Positions 51,014 through 62,975 of a stretch of DNA of 64,000 nucleotides are shown here, piece after piece (position 1 is the first letter of the stretch; the number at the start of each line of letters is the position of its first letter). The position numbers were made by a program, and so were the translations under genes. Location: assembly GCA_026770705.1 (NCBI GenBank), contig JANJGN010000025.1, positions 18,228,001-18,292,000 of the forward strand. Reading direction: 5' to 3'. The DNA comes from Isurus oxyrinchus (lineage: Eukaryota). The notes beneath the pieces are model-generated. The model was not told the DNA's origin, searched no databases, and was given only the letters and a program-made list of their open reading frames with translations.

Positions 51014-51520
51014 CCATAGAAAAGTTACAGCACAGAAGGAGGCCATTCGGCCCATCTTGTCCATGCCAGCCCGAGGACACCCAGGTGCCCTTTCTAATCC
51101 CACCTTCCTGTACCCAGCCCATAGCCCTGCAGCTTACAGCACTTAAGGTACAGATCCAGGTACTTTTTAAAAGAGTTTAAAGTTTCTGCCTCTACTACTA
51201 ACTTGGGCAGTGAATTCCAGACATCCACTACCCTCTGTGTAAAAAAGCTCTTCCTCATGTCCCCTCTTCACCTTCTGCCACTTATCTTGAATCTATGTCC
51301 CCTGGTTCTAGAATTCTCCATCAAGGGAAACAATTTTATCCTGTCTGCTCTATCTATTCCCCTCATAATTTTGTACACCTCAGTCAAGTCACCTCTCAGC
51401 CTTCTTTGTTCTAAGGAAAATAACGCCAACCTATCCAATCTCTCCTCGTAGCTACACTTCTCTAACCCTGACAACATTCTTGTAAACCTCCTCTGCCCTC
51501 TCTCCAGAGCTATTACATAA
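51014..51520 (-). mobile_element. CR1 LINE 3' fragment
   Basis: LERGQRRFTRML...SYEERLDRLALFSLEQRRLRGDLTEVYKIMRG...RTRGH, typical CR1 ORF2 C-terminus. Confidence 0.9.
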
Positions 51521-51602
51521 CGTTTCTTCCAGCTGCTTCTCAAAGTCTGATTCCTTCTCCCACCAACGAGGTGTGAAGTACAATGGGCCATTTAGTTCAG
51601 TT

Positions 51603-51770
51603 GCTTCAACAAAAAGTCTTTTTTTTCAGCAATACTCAAGTTCTGTACTCCCAAACAGCAATTCATAAATCAGTACTCATTCGTCATTGTCTAAGTGTCA
51701 TGCTGAGGGGTGCAGGTAACCACGGTCTTCTAAGCCCTCCAACCATTCCAGTTCAGGGTAGCATTAATAT
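51603..51770 (+). repeat. Direct duplicate of 53463-53654
   Basis: GCTTCAACAAAAAGTC...CAGCAATACTCAAGTT...GTCTAAGTGTCATGCTGAG...CCAACCATTCCA present at both sites. Confidence 0.85.
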
Positions 51771-51821
51771 ACTGCTAGCAGTGTTCCATGGGCGCCTTCT
51801 ACCGCTTCATCCTGGTATCGT

Positions 51822-52224
51822 TACTGTAGATGGCGGCCTATAAAATAGCCCCATTTTTCAGGCCCAAAAATCATGTTTTTGCATATGCTCAAGTGTACAT
51901 GTCAACCCCCTTTTTCAGCTGTTACATGCTGCTTTGACATTAGTAATCAGCCTCAATTCTTCACACCACAAATGCACATTTTACTTACCAGTACCTCAGT
52001 AACTAGGCACAAGGGATCAAGCAGGCTATGCAGATTATGTTGCGAAGATGTGTGGAGTTTAAGACAAGCTCACTCTTTGCGTTGGCTGCCGATGACATTT
52101 CAAAATGATGACCACCCAAACCTATGTTGGCGGTTCACTTTTATACTCGGTGTGTAAGTCAAATGCCATTTTTGGAGGGGTTTTGAGGCTTCAAAGGTCG
52201 ACTTGTACGTCAATGTCTACTGTA
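51822..52224. mobile_element. Tc1/mariner-superfamily (MER6-like) non-autonomous element
   Basis: Ends TACTGTAGAT... and ...GTCTACTGTA with TA termini; internal TATACTCG..GTAAGTC and GGTCGACTTGTACG subrepeats. Confidence 0.5.
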
Positions 52225-52823
52225 TTCCCGTGAGCCCCAACAATGAATGTCAACACGATATCCAACTTCAAGGGCTATCACATCTGAGCCTACCCTCTCA
52301 CTGGAACATGAGCTAGAGATTACGGTATAGCACTAAGGGTCCGGAATCTTCTTCCCTAGCTTGGGTTCAACTGAGGCCAAGTGCATGGTAGGAAGAGCTA
52401 GTTCAGCACAAACCAACCTTTTTCCCGAATGATCTAAGGCTCCTCTTTTGATAAGCTTGCAAAGCTTATAGGAGAGCTGAATCGCTTGTTTTCATATTTT
52501 GCAGGCATGTCAATTTGGGACCCAAACCAATGCAACACAGTAAGAATTTTAACAGAAGCAAAAAAACAGAAGAAAAAAAATCTTAGCTACAAAAGGAAAA
52601 AAATTTTTAAAAATCACTTCACAATAACTGAGCATTTTTGTAAAGCTTCTTAATGATTGTATTGACCACAGCCTGTATGTGAACATGTTTACAAACCTTA
52701 ATACATCCTTTGAATTAGAGTTTGTTTTGGAATTCAATTTATCATCACAAAGCAATTTTGCCAATCTTGAGGCATGAGTATGCAAATGAATATATGTGCT
52801 TAAACACTGATTATGCATAAATT

Positions 52824-53523
52824 AGTATTGCTGAAAAATACTTTTTTGTTGAAGCTTCGTCTTGCACTCATTAGGACAATTCGCAAGGAAATACCAATGT
52901 CAGGGGAATCAACATACTGTATGGGAAGAGAATGCTGATTGTTTGGCAAGCAGACTTGGATTGGTAGAGGCATTGCCATAGACAATGCACCTGTGGATGG
53001 TGACTGACCATTAACTGCCAAGCATCATTTGAAATTTAAACCAGGCTTCTGGACTCTGATTAGTCAAGGCATTGCCCTGAGGAATGAATCAGTGAATGAC
53101 TGTCCCTTACTTTGTTTAGCTGAAACAGGTGCAATATGTGTACGTGATCTTTCTGCCTGCAAAGAACAGGGCCCATATACATAATATACATACACTGCGC
53201 CTGTTTCAACTAAACAAAATAAATGATAGCCATTTGCTGGTTCATTCCTCAGGGCAATGCCTTGGCCAGAGTCAAACTGACTGGTTTAAATTTCGTACAA
53301 TGCTTAGCAGTTAACTGTCAGTCACCATCCACTGGTGCATTCTCCATGACAACACCTCTACCAGAATCTACTTGCCAACCAATCAGCACTCTCTTCTCAT
53401 ACAGTATAAATGTTGACATTGATATTTTCTTGTGAACTGTCCTGATGAATGCAAGATGAAAAGCTTCGACAAAAAAGTCTCTTTTTTTCAGCAATTCTCA
53501 AGTTTTGTATCCCCAAATGACTA
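52824..53523. mobile_element. Large palindromic element with a hammerhead motif in each arm (probably inverted Penelope-like pLTRs)
   Basis: Arms about 52824-53140 and 53190-53498 are reverse complements; hammerhead motifs at 52846-52879 (minus, degraded) and 53438-53471 (plus). Confidence 0.7.
53438..53471 (+). ncRNA. Minimal type I hammerhead ribozyme motif (predicted cleavage after C53467)
   Basis: TGTC-CTGATGA-AT GCAAG AT-GAAA-AGCT-TC-GACA: complete catalytic core, stem I TGTC/GACA, 2-bp stem II, palindromic AGCT stem III. Confidence 0.7.
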
Positions 53524-56500
53524 TTCATAAATCAGTATCCATTCGTTGTTGTCTAAGTGCCATGCTGAGTGGCGTAGGCAACTACGGTCTTCTGAATTTT
53601 CCAACCATTCCAATACTCATGACTGAGCTGAATTAATCCTCTCCAGTTCAGGGTGGGCAATTTAACAATCCACAAATCAAAGTGTCTAAACATCTAGGAC
53701 ATCATGAAGAAGTGTCCCACTTTCCTAGTGTAACACAGTTAAAGAAAATACTGTAAGACAATACTGAAAAAACAAATAAAATGCCAAAATAAAGATCTCA
53801 CTGCAGTTTTCAGTCTGCAGTACCATTTCTCGTCAGCAGGTGTTGCCTTTTTGAAACAATTAAATTATTTTAAAACGGTAAAGCTAGTTTTATAGCTCAA
53901 AAAACCAACCAATTTTTCTTTTGCTTTTGTCTTCGCTTTACAGCTATTTGCAGGTCCAATTTCATTAGCAAATTTAAATAGCTCCACTTTTTTCTGAGAT
54001 CCCAATGAATAAGTATACAAGAACTTAATGCATTCTCATTCATTTGTAATCCCACTGTGGTGAATACCGAATATTAGTGATATGCCCTTTTGCTAGTCAA
54101 GCCCGCAATTAAACCTAAAAGTATAACATCCAATTTTCTTAGTACTAATTGGCTGATTAAACTTTATTTACAAAGTGGGCCAGGGCTGCAAAAAAAAAGT
54201 TTATAAATCGTCACTGCCTGTCAGAGCAGAGACAAAACTTTATCTCAGTTCACAGGGAAGAGTTAAAATCCTGGGGTCCTAGAGGTCAAAAGGCAGTGAA
54301 TGGGACAAGTGCCTTAAGCAAACCATTCCCATCTAACCTCCAGTTGGAATTTTGTGACCAGACTGAGGAAGTAAACTTTTTTGGCATATAATAAACTGGC
54401 TTGCATGTTGAAAAGAGGCTTGTACTCAATAAACCCTCGACATCATTTACCCTCAGTAAGCCTAACAACGCAATGAATTGGTTTTTCAGAAATAAAATGC
54501 CAAAATAAAGATCAAAAACAACTTTTAATAAAGAAACAGTAAACACAGGTGCCTGGGTTCAACAACATGCTTTCAAATTCCAGAGACTAGTTTGAGTGAA
54601 AAATGAATATAACATAAGATGATATTTCCTGAGCTGTATCTTTACAAGATAGAGGGGTGTGGAGCAAAATGATGGATTTTTTTAATACTCATTATTTGCT
54701 TTACTTTTCCATCTAATTTTTGTTTTTTATTGTTTTATTCTGAAAACTTTACACAATTAATCATATACTCTACTACAGAAGTTGAGTTATTACAGTTTAT
54801 AACTTTATTCTCCAAACAGGTTTACAAATCATGGGCAGAGCAGCTGGTCCAGCTGAACTGTAACTCTTGATTTTCCATATTTTTTTTAAGATTAGGCAAT
54901 TTTTAATCTTATGGTATAAAGGAATACTGTTTGAGCTTCGACAGATATCTACAAGTGTTTTTTTAAATCCACATAATACTGAATCAGAAAAGCCTAACCA
55001 TTAACTAGGGGAAGAATTGGACCCAGAAGGCAGAGCTTGTACAAAATGAGTGTCTGTCTCTGTAAAATTACATTTACTTTGGTTTGTAATGATCGATCTA
55101 ATTTGTCTCTTTAACATAGCCAAAATAGCTACTTCAGGAAAGATAAATAACATACAAAACACTGGAATAGGAACAGAATCCAATCAATGATCAGGTTTTG
55201 TTCTACTCTCCTGGGTCATTGTTCTGGACAGTTTTTTGCCTGGTTAAATGGTCAGCTGCCAGCCACCTGCTATGGCTGGAATGGCCACAGATGGTCAGTT
55301 GTCCAGTTAGTAGTTAAGAATGTGCTGTTGTTCCCACATCACACGGGGATTGAGGCCCTTGACAGGGATCAGTGAATCTAAGCTCATCACCTGGCAACAG
55401 TCAAGGGCCACAGCCAAACAGTGACTGAGGTCAGACTTAATAATTCTGCAATAACTTACATTTATAGATCATTCAAACCAAGAATTTAAAATGTAATAAC
55501 ATTCAGATATTATTGTTTCTTTTCTTTGCTGAAGGATCACATTTTAAATGCTGATTATATTATTTAAGTAATAAGAATAGCAGCTCCAATAATATGCTAA
55601 AAATATTCAAAACTCTTACATTTGAAAGCACTGAACAAAACTACAAAATCTTTCTCAAGCTTATAAATAGACAAAGATTGGTATTGAACATATTCTTAAT
55701 TGTAGCCGAACATCCATTAGTAAGTGTGTACTCATGTAAACTAGAAGTGGTCTAGTGCTTACCTCCATCACATCAAGTCTGGAACTTTACAGTGGCCTGT
55801 GAAACATTTTACTGCAAGTGCACAGAAACCAACTTAAACCTTTACTGCAATCCAGTTCTGCACAAGCTGGAACAAACCTTGGCTCTGATTTAGCACAATT
55901 TGATAAAAGCTCGTAATGGTTCTGCAGAAACCAGATTTCAGATCATTTCAGGTGGTCTGGAAGCAAAAATGCAGAACAACTGTGCTGACGGATTGTGTTG
56001 ACAGAGAAGGTTGTGTAAATAATTCACAACACACAAAAAAAATCTCTTGAGGAAGGGCTGATGGTAAATGATACAATGTGATACAAAAGCCTTTTTTCTA
56101 AGTCACGCTATTTTCGTACCACTAAATTAAGAAAAATAATTTTAAATTATTTCTGCAGCAACACTAAAACAGAGATGTAATGGAGCATTAACAGGAAGGT
56201 ATAAGTGTTCAACAGTGGTATTTGCAGATGAAGGGAGAACACTTCTGCAGTTTGTACAGTGACAAGTTATTGTCCCAGACAGAAGAACAAACAGATAATA
56301 TCCTGATTCAAATCCTCCCACTTTTAATGGAACCAAGGGAGGAAAGGAATTAAATATACTGTTCAAATTCATTAGCAAATCCAATTACACTTATGCTGAA
56401 AAGCAGGTACAGCATTCAAAAGTTTGAACAATGATACAGTAGCAGCAGTCACTTCACCATGTGAGTAAATGCTTTTAAGTTTGTTTACACCTTCACAACA

Positions 56501-57097
56501 CAGATGTGACTTGCATGTTGAGCTTCATTTCCTTAGATGTCTAAGAAAAACGTAGCCATTTCAGTGGAGATTTTTAAAAATTATTTCTGGCCACCGGCTG
56601 AATATAATTTTAAGTTTTCAATTTAGAAACACTGGATAGATTTCTCTGAACAAAGCATTGAGTTATTTTTTTCTCAAGACCCTTTTCGTACCCTGTGTCA
56701 AGCAACTTATTGTTATTAATAAACTTTACAGTGGAGCTGATCCGGAGGGAAAATTAAATTTCACTCTTCCCCCATCCTTGGGGATTTCCAGCACAACTGA
56801 AGCCAAGTAACTGTACAATGAAGCAAAATGTACAATTAACAGGGTAATAATGGGGTGTGGAATGAAAAAGGTTGAAAAACCTCCAAAAGTAAACATGAAA
56901 CATAACCGCAGCAAATGTTCCAAACAGATTTAGTTATCGCTAAAAAATGTTTTAACATCCACGCTTTCACCCGGGCAAAGAATTAAAAAAAATAAATCGG
57001 AGAAATCTAAACGTAGGAAGTTAGAAGCATCAGCACTAAAACTCTGCAAGTAGCGGCTGCAAGTTAAGACTACATTAAATATTTGAACATCACGTAC

Positions 57098-57286
57098 CTA
57101 GTCCACTGATGGTGTAATGGGAATCTTGCATGCCAAGTCCAATCGGCCCAGTTTCTTGCTGACTTTCTTCCCTGTAAAACAGTCTATATCCCTGGATGTG
57201 CACACTATTCTCCTCCGCTTGCTTCCAGCTTAATGTAATCGTTGTGCAGTTCAATGGCTCCAAACGCAGCTCTGGGGCCAAGGGGA
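57098..57286 (-). CDS. PRTG: Protogenin coding exon (FN3)
   Basis: PLAPELRLEPLNCTTITLSWKQ...HYTISGL; acceptor ccatAG, donor GTacgt; 189 nt, phase 1-1. Confidence 0.95.
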
Positions 57287-57574
57287 CTATGGAAATAGGA
57301 CATGGAAAAAAACTTCATTTACATCCTTTCAAATATTCCTATTAGAAAACAAGTTTCATTGAGTTGCATAAAGTTGTTCAAACGAGACTCTCTTTTATAC
57401 ATGAAGCGTAGTCAATTATTTCTGTACACCTGGAGTGAGCCAACAGACAATACAAACATTTTTGTAAAAAAAAACTGATTAATTTCACCCTCAGAGTGTC
57501 ATGGCATTTGCATTTGTTCTCAGAACATTACATGTAGGTCTAAAAGTTATTATATACGAATATACATACATACA

Positions 57575-57965
57575 TATGAATTAGGAGGAGTAGGCCACTT
57601 GGTCCTTCGAGCCTGCTCTGCCATTCAATGAGATCATGGCTGATCTGATTGTAACCTCAACCCCATGCTCCCACCTACCCCCGATAACCTTTCACTCCCT
57701 TGCTTATCAAGAATCTATCTACCTCTGCCTTAAAAATATTCAAAGACTCTTGTTTCCACCACCTTTTAAGGAAGAGAGTTCCGAAGACACTTAACCCTCA
57801 GTGAAAAAAATTCTCACCTCTGTCCCTAAATGGGCTTCCCCTTATTTTTAAACAGTGGCCCCTAGTACTAGATTCGCCCATAAGAGGAAACATCTTCTCC
57901 AAATCCACCCTGTCAAGACCCCTCAGGATCTTATATGTTTCAATCAAGTGACCTCTTACTCTTCA
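57575..57965 (-). mobile_element. CR1 LINE 3' end
   Basis: AGGAGTAGGCCACTTGGTCCTTCGAGCCTGCTCTGCCATTCAATGAGATCATGGCTGATCTG and onward; same architecture as the other CR1 tails. Confidence 0.75.
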
Positions 57966-60799
57966 ATTAATTGATAATGCCTTATTTTGTCACTATAGAA
58001 TGCTTTACTGCCATACACAAAAAACACATTTCACAGGATTCAAAACTAAAAGGAAAGCTCGAAAATAAATTGCTGTCAAATTCAGGAAGCGCTTTAATTT
58101 TCTAAAGTAGAAGCAATGGAAGTTCAGCTGCTACTTAAATTGGGCCTTAATATCTCTGTCAATAAAGCCACTCCTGCAAAGATTTCAAGCGGTATCCTAT
58201 AGCTCCCAGTTGAGGATTCCCAACAGCCAAACTTGGTCCATTACAGAAAAATTTGAATTAGCAACTCAACTTTCAGGATTTTTTTTAATGCATCTTTAGG
58301 GGTTTTTTTTTCCCCCAAATAAAACAGTTCTTTAAGGTCATAGTTTCTGAGGAGGTCATGATTTGCGCTGAGAAAAATCTCAAAACACAGCACAGCTACA
58401 GAAAAAGAAATCCAGGGGATGACAGACAGGAGATTACACGAAACGAAGACAAAAAACACAAGTGTAGCAGAGCTCAGGATGGGCCTTTTCAAGTCTTGCT
58501 TTTCTTCTTTTAAGGGAAGGAATGCTGTCTACCCTGCTGCTTACTCCCCTAATCTGATGAAAACAACAGGCCTGGAGCCCCACAGGGATATGTCCTGCTC
58601 TAAGCCTGACAGCTCCAAGATTGATGGTTTAAGATAGCAGGCACCAGAATGAAATACTGGCGCTTTGACTGTTTATTTGGATGTATCAGCAAACATAAAC
58701 ACACCATCTCTTTGTCTGTGCCCAAACTGAATTATTCTTGGATGGATACCATTTAATAAAATCAAAGGTAAACACAAGATATTTTCTCCTCCCACAGTTG
58801 CAGAATCAGCTCCTATTAGACACAGGCTCATCTTTACTATTGGGGCTAGCGGACCATTGCAAACCTTATGATCCATTGATTTGGGGCCCATTCTGATGTT
58901 ACTGGCACAAGGGCAAAGGTTACTCGGGTAACACCAGCAACATCTTAACAAGATTATTGCAACAATCTACGAACAACAGGCAGATCACCATATGCTCTCT
59001 GCCTCAGGACGGAGGTTTCAATTTTCCTCCTCAAAATTGCAAGCACTTCATTTTGTGCCTCAATTATTTAAAAAAAGCATTGCACAAAACTAATCCTAGG
59101 TTAACAGCCTCAAATACTTGCTCGTTTATCAATTTACTTCCAATCTCTCACATTTGACAATCCTGTGAGAAAAGAGTACACTGCAGATCTATCCTTTGCT
59201 AAAGTAACAAAACCCACAGTGCACATTGTGTCATTTTTAAATGAAAAATTGTATTAGTGCATCTATTGACTGCATTGCTGTGATAGAATTGCCCTTCAGG
59301 AGACATGGTTCAGTCATCACATGGCCCAACTTGCAATATTTTTATGCAGCACCCTGTGCAAACTGCCAAGAGAATTAAGACAATTTATTATATATTTTAA
59401 AATGTTCAGTGAGTCGCAACACGCGATAATTCCGATGCCAACTCTGTCTATGGGAAAGACTAAAATAGAACTATAATGTGTACCTGCAGTGCCCATTATG
59501 CCTTTAGGTTGAATTGTCAACAATTTCAACTTTAAAGCTCTGATTCTAACTCAAGGATTTTATGTTTGGGCAGGGAGCCCACGACACTGCTGGTGTGAGG
59601 CTCAAGCTATTTAAACTCCCAGGCCTCATTAGCATGTAGGAGGTAACACTCCTGCCTGGACCTGGCGAGAACGACAAGATGGCCAGCAGACTTCACTAGG
59701 TAGGAGGCCACTGTCAGGGCCCCGAGGGAAAAGTCCCCGGCAGTAAGGTAATTGGTGAGAGGAGATCTGGAGAAGATCAGTGAAGGGGGGAGGGAAGCCA
59801 GAGTAACAAAATATAACTTTTTAAAATTACATATGGAGCTTTAGTTTACTTATGAGTGTTTAAGGATAAGCTCCTTTGGGCCTGATTCTCCTTTACCGTA
59901 ATGGATCCAAGACTGGTATTTTTAGATGCATGTGCTAATAATTATTTACATACAGCCCAACAAATTAAGTTAGTCATAGAAAAATGAAATTCAGGCCTCC
60001 CACAAATCAAATTGTTCAGTATCTGATTGCTAATCCCAGTTTGAATGATCGAGAACAAGTCATCCGACCTTGCTTCATCTGGTTGGAAGTGCCCTTAGTT
60101 CTCAGCAAGGCCATGCTGGTGTACTTCAATGTTGCATAGCACTCATTTGCATTAAGATGAGTCAGGCCAACAGAACTGAAGTTGCTTTTGACCAATAATT
60201 GCAATGGCACTGATGGATCGTGATGGGAAACATGGTCCTAATAGACATCTCCTGGCTGATACAAGCGGAATGAAATGAGCCGTTCCCACAAAAGCAAGGC
60301 ACGGGTGAGGTTAATGTTTAAATATACACATTTAAAGAGGCAATTGTTAGCATTTTATTGCAGCTTGCAATCAAAGTTTACCTGAACACAAATGACATGT
60401 AATACTTCGCTATGAAGAGAGGCAAGAGCTGGACTGTGATACTTAGCAGCTTGCCGCAGATTAGTATTTGTAAAGCTGTATGTCTTGGTCTCCAGCTTGA
60501 TCATCGTCTTGCAAGCACAAAATCCAGCCAGTGACAATGGCTAGAAATCAGGAGCAGGAAGCCTGACCTTTACTCATCTTAGCCATGTACAAATGACAAT
60601 TTTACCCTCCCTTGTTGGAATCTTGGTTGAGATTAGTTAACACACCATGAATGATATCTGCAGCCTTCTATTTTATATCATTTAATTACATGTTACCATC
60701 ACTAACTGAGCCATCAGACAAAGTCTTCATGTACTGATCAAAACTAAATGGATTGCAAATTACACTGTTCATCACATCACTAATAAAAAGCCTATACTT

Positions 60800-62045
60800 G
60801 GCTGGACCACATAGCACCATTGGGTCCTGCTCTCGCCTGCCAAAGTTGCTCATCATTCCAGGGCAATCCTAAAATGAAAAGATAACCCCATGGCTTATCT
60901 TCTCCTCTGCAAATTATTTTAAACATCTGTAGTCATCTCCTACATCCTGACTTCTAACATGTGAAAAGAACACATGGACTTCCATCAGCCTCTGTTGCTT
61001 CCCTCTCTTTAGCCCACCGAGTCAAGCGTTCTCTCAGGCTTCACCCCATCACTCTCTCTACCTTATCCCCCACCAGCCCTGTCTTCAACTCACAAGTTTC
61101 TCTAGTTTTTCTAGATCTTCCCTTATGCCTTCTCCGAGCTCATCAAGTCCACAAGACTCAACTCCCGCTCCCTCAACCTTTTTCCCACTGAATTGCTAAC
61201 CATCCAACTTCCCTTCTTGACTCCTATATTAGTTAATACTGTTAATGGTTCTGTGTCCTCAGGTAATTGTCCCTCCTCTTCTTCAAAGCTGCCATCACCT
61301 ATCTTCTCAAAAGAACCGTTGAAGCCTCCACCCTTGCAAACTATCACCCCATTTCCAACCTCTTTCCTCTCAGTCTTTGAATGTGCTGTTGCCTTTCAAA
61401 TCTGTGTCATTTTCCCTTCAAATCTGTGTCATCTTTCCCTGAGCACCATGTTTAAATTGCTCAGCTAGATTTTCGCTCCCACCACAGTACTGAAACGACT
61501 CATATCAAAATCACAAATAACATCTTAATTAACTGTGACAAAGGTAGACTTTCTTAACCCATCTGAGTCATAACATGGTTGGCCATATCATTTTCATTTC
61601 AAATCTCTCCACTGCACTTTTCTGGTTCCATTCTTGTTTATCCAGTCGCCGCCAAAGGATTATTTGCAATAGCTTCTCTTCCCATCCCCACAGCATTGCC
61701 TATGGTGTCTCCCAGTACCTATCCTTGCCCTTTCTTATTTCTCACCTACATAGTGTCTCTCAGTGTCAACGTCCAAAAAGTGGCAGTTTCCATAAGCAAG
61801 CTGACGAAACACAGCTCTACCTTACGACCGCACGTCTCAATCCTTCTACTGTCTTTAAATTGTCAGACTGCTGGTCTGACATCCAGTACTGGAGTGGCAG
61901 AAATTCCCTCCAACTAAATACTGAATAGACCAAACCCATTGTCTTCAGTCCCTGCTGCAAATTCCGTTTCCTAGCCACCGACTTCACCCGCCTCCCTGGC
62001 AAGTGGCAACAGCTCAGCCAGGTTGTTTGCAAACTTCTAACCAAA
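60800..62045 (+). mobile_element. L2-clade LINE RT fragment, frameshifted
   Basis: Remnants of ANYxPISNL, HHSTET..IKITNNIL, GVSQ and ADETQLY motifs. Confidence 0.75.
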
Positions 62046-62514
62046 TATCTGCACACACACAATGAATACTGGTGTTTACTACTGCAATGAATGTAAAATG
62101 CATGTGTTCTGTGAATTCTAAGATCGCAAAGGGATACACAATTTTGCAGCACTAAATCTAAACTTCCCAAATGCAAAACAAAAAGATCCAAAGGTCAGAA
62201 GTATTGCTTATCATTGGTCTACAAAGTCTAATACACTCATTGACCTGACACTCAACTTTCCTCAATCATATTTTAACCAGGTATCTAGTTTGGCTATCAA
62301 ATCTGAATATATGATTACTACATTGGACGTAGGCATACCAGTTCTAAACTTGCATGTTTGATGAACAGCTGATAGGCTATATGGTCAATCACAACAGGTC
62401 ATAAATGGTGCAGAGAGCCCTGGCAATGACCAATTTTTTTAAGATCTGATTCTGTAATTCCACTGTATAAAGATCACTGTATAAAAATCAATTTTTAATA
62501 AGACAATATATTAC

Positions 62515-62820
62515 CTTTTACACTTGTAGCCTTTGGGGTTCTGTGGGAAGTCCAGATGGAAGATTCTCCCCAACCCACTCTGGTCGCCGCAGAGATTCGT
62601 ACAAGGTAAGTGCTGTCAGGCTCGACATCTTCAAGCAGGTGTTCGGATATGGCCCCTGGAAGCTCCACAAGATGGACAGCACTTTCTGTACTTTTACGGT
62701 AGTAAATGCGATACGCAATAATACGCCCTCTCCTGAACTTAGCTGGAATGGGGAGCCATGAGATCAGGATGTTGGTTGGGCTACGACTGGTCAAGCTGAT
62801 TTCTGGCACTCTCAAAGGGA
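62515..62820 (-). CDS. PRTG: Protogenin coding exon (FN3 domain; probably equivalent to human exon 10), first PRTG exon in the window
   Basis: Translates (V)[31 protein letters not shown]...[13 protein letters not shown], which I recognise as protogenin. Acceptor cacacAG at 62821-62822, donor GTaata at 62513-62514; 306 nt, phase 1-1. Confidence 0.95.
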
Positions 62821-62975
62821 CTGTGTGAAGAGGGTATTAAGAAAAACATTATTTAAAATTAATCCATGTTAAATTGATCTTATTTTTCAGCAGCACCAAA
62901 TTTAGTAACAAGAGGGCAAAATCGTTTCTCATAGGAAACACTATTTAATACCACAGAAATTAAACATAAGTTTAT

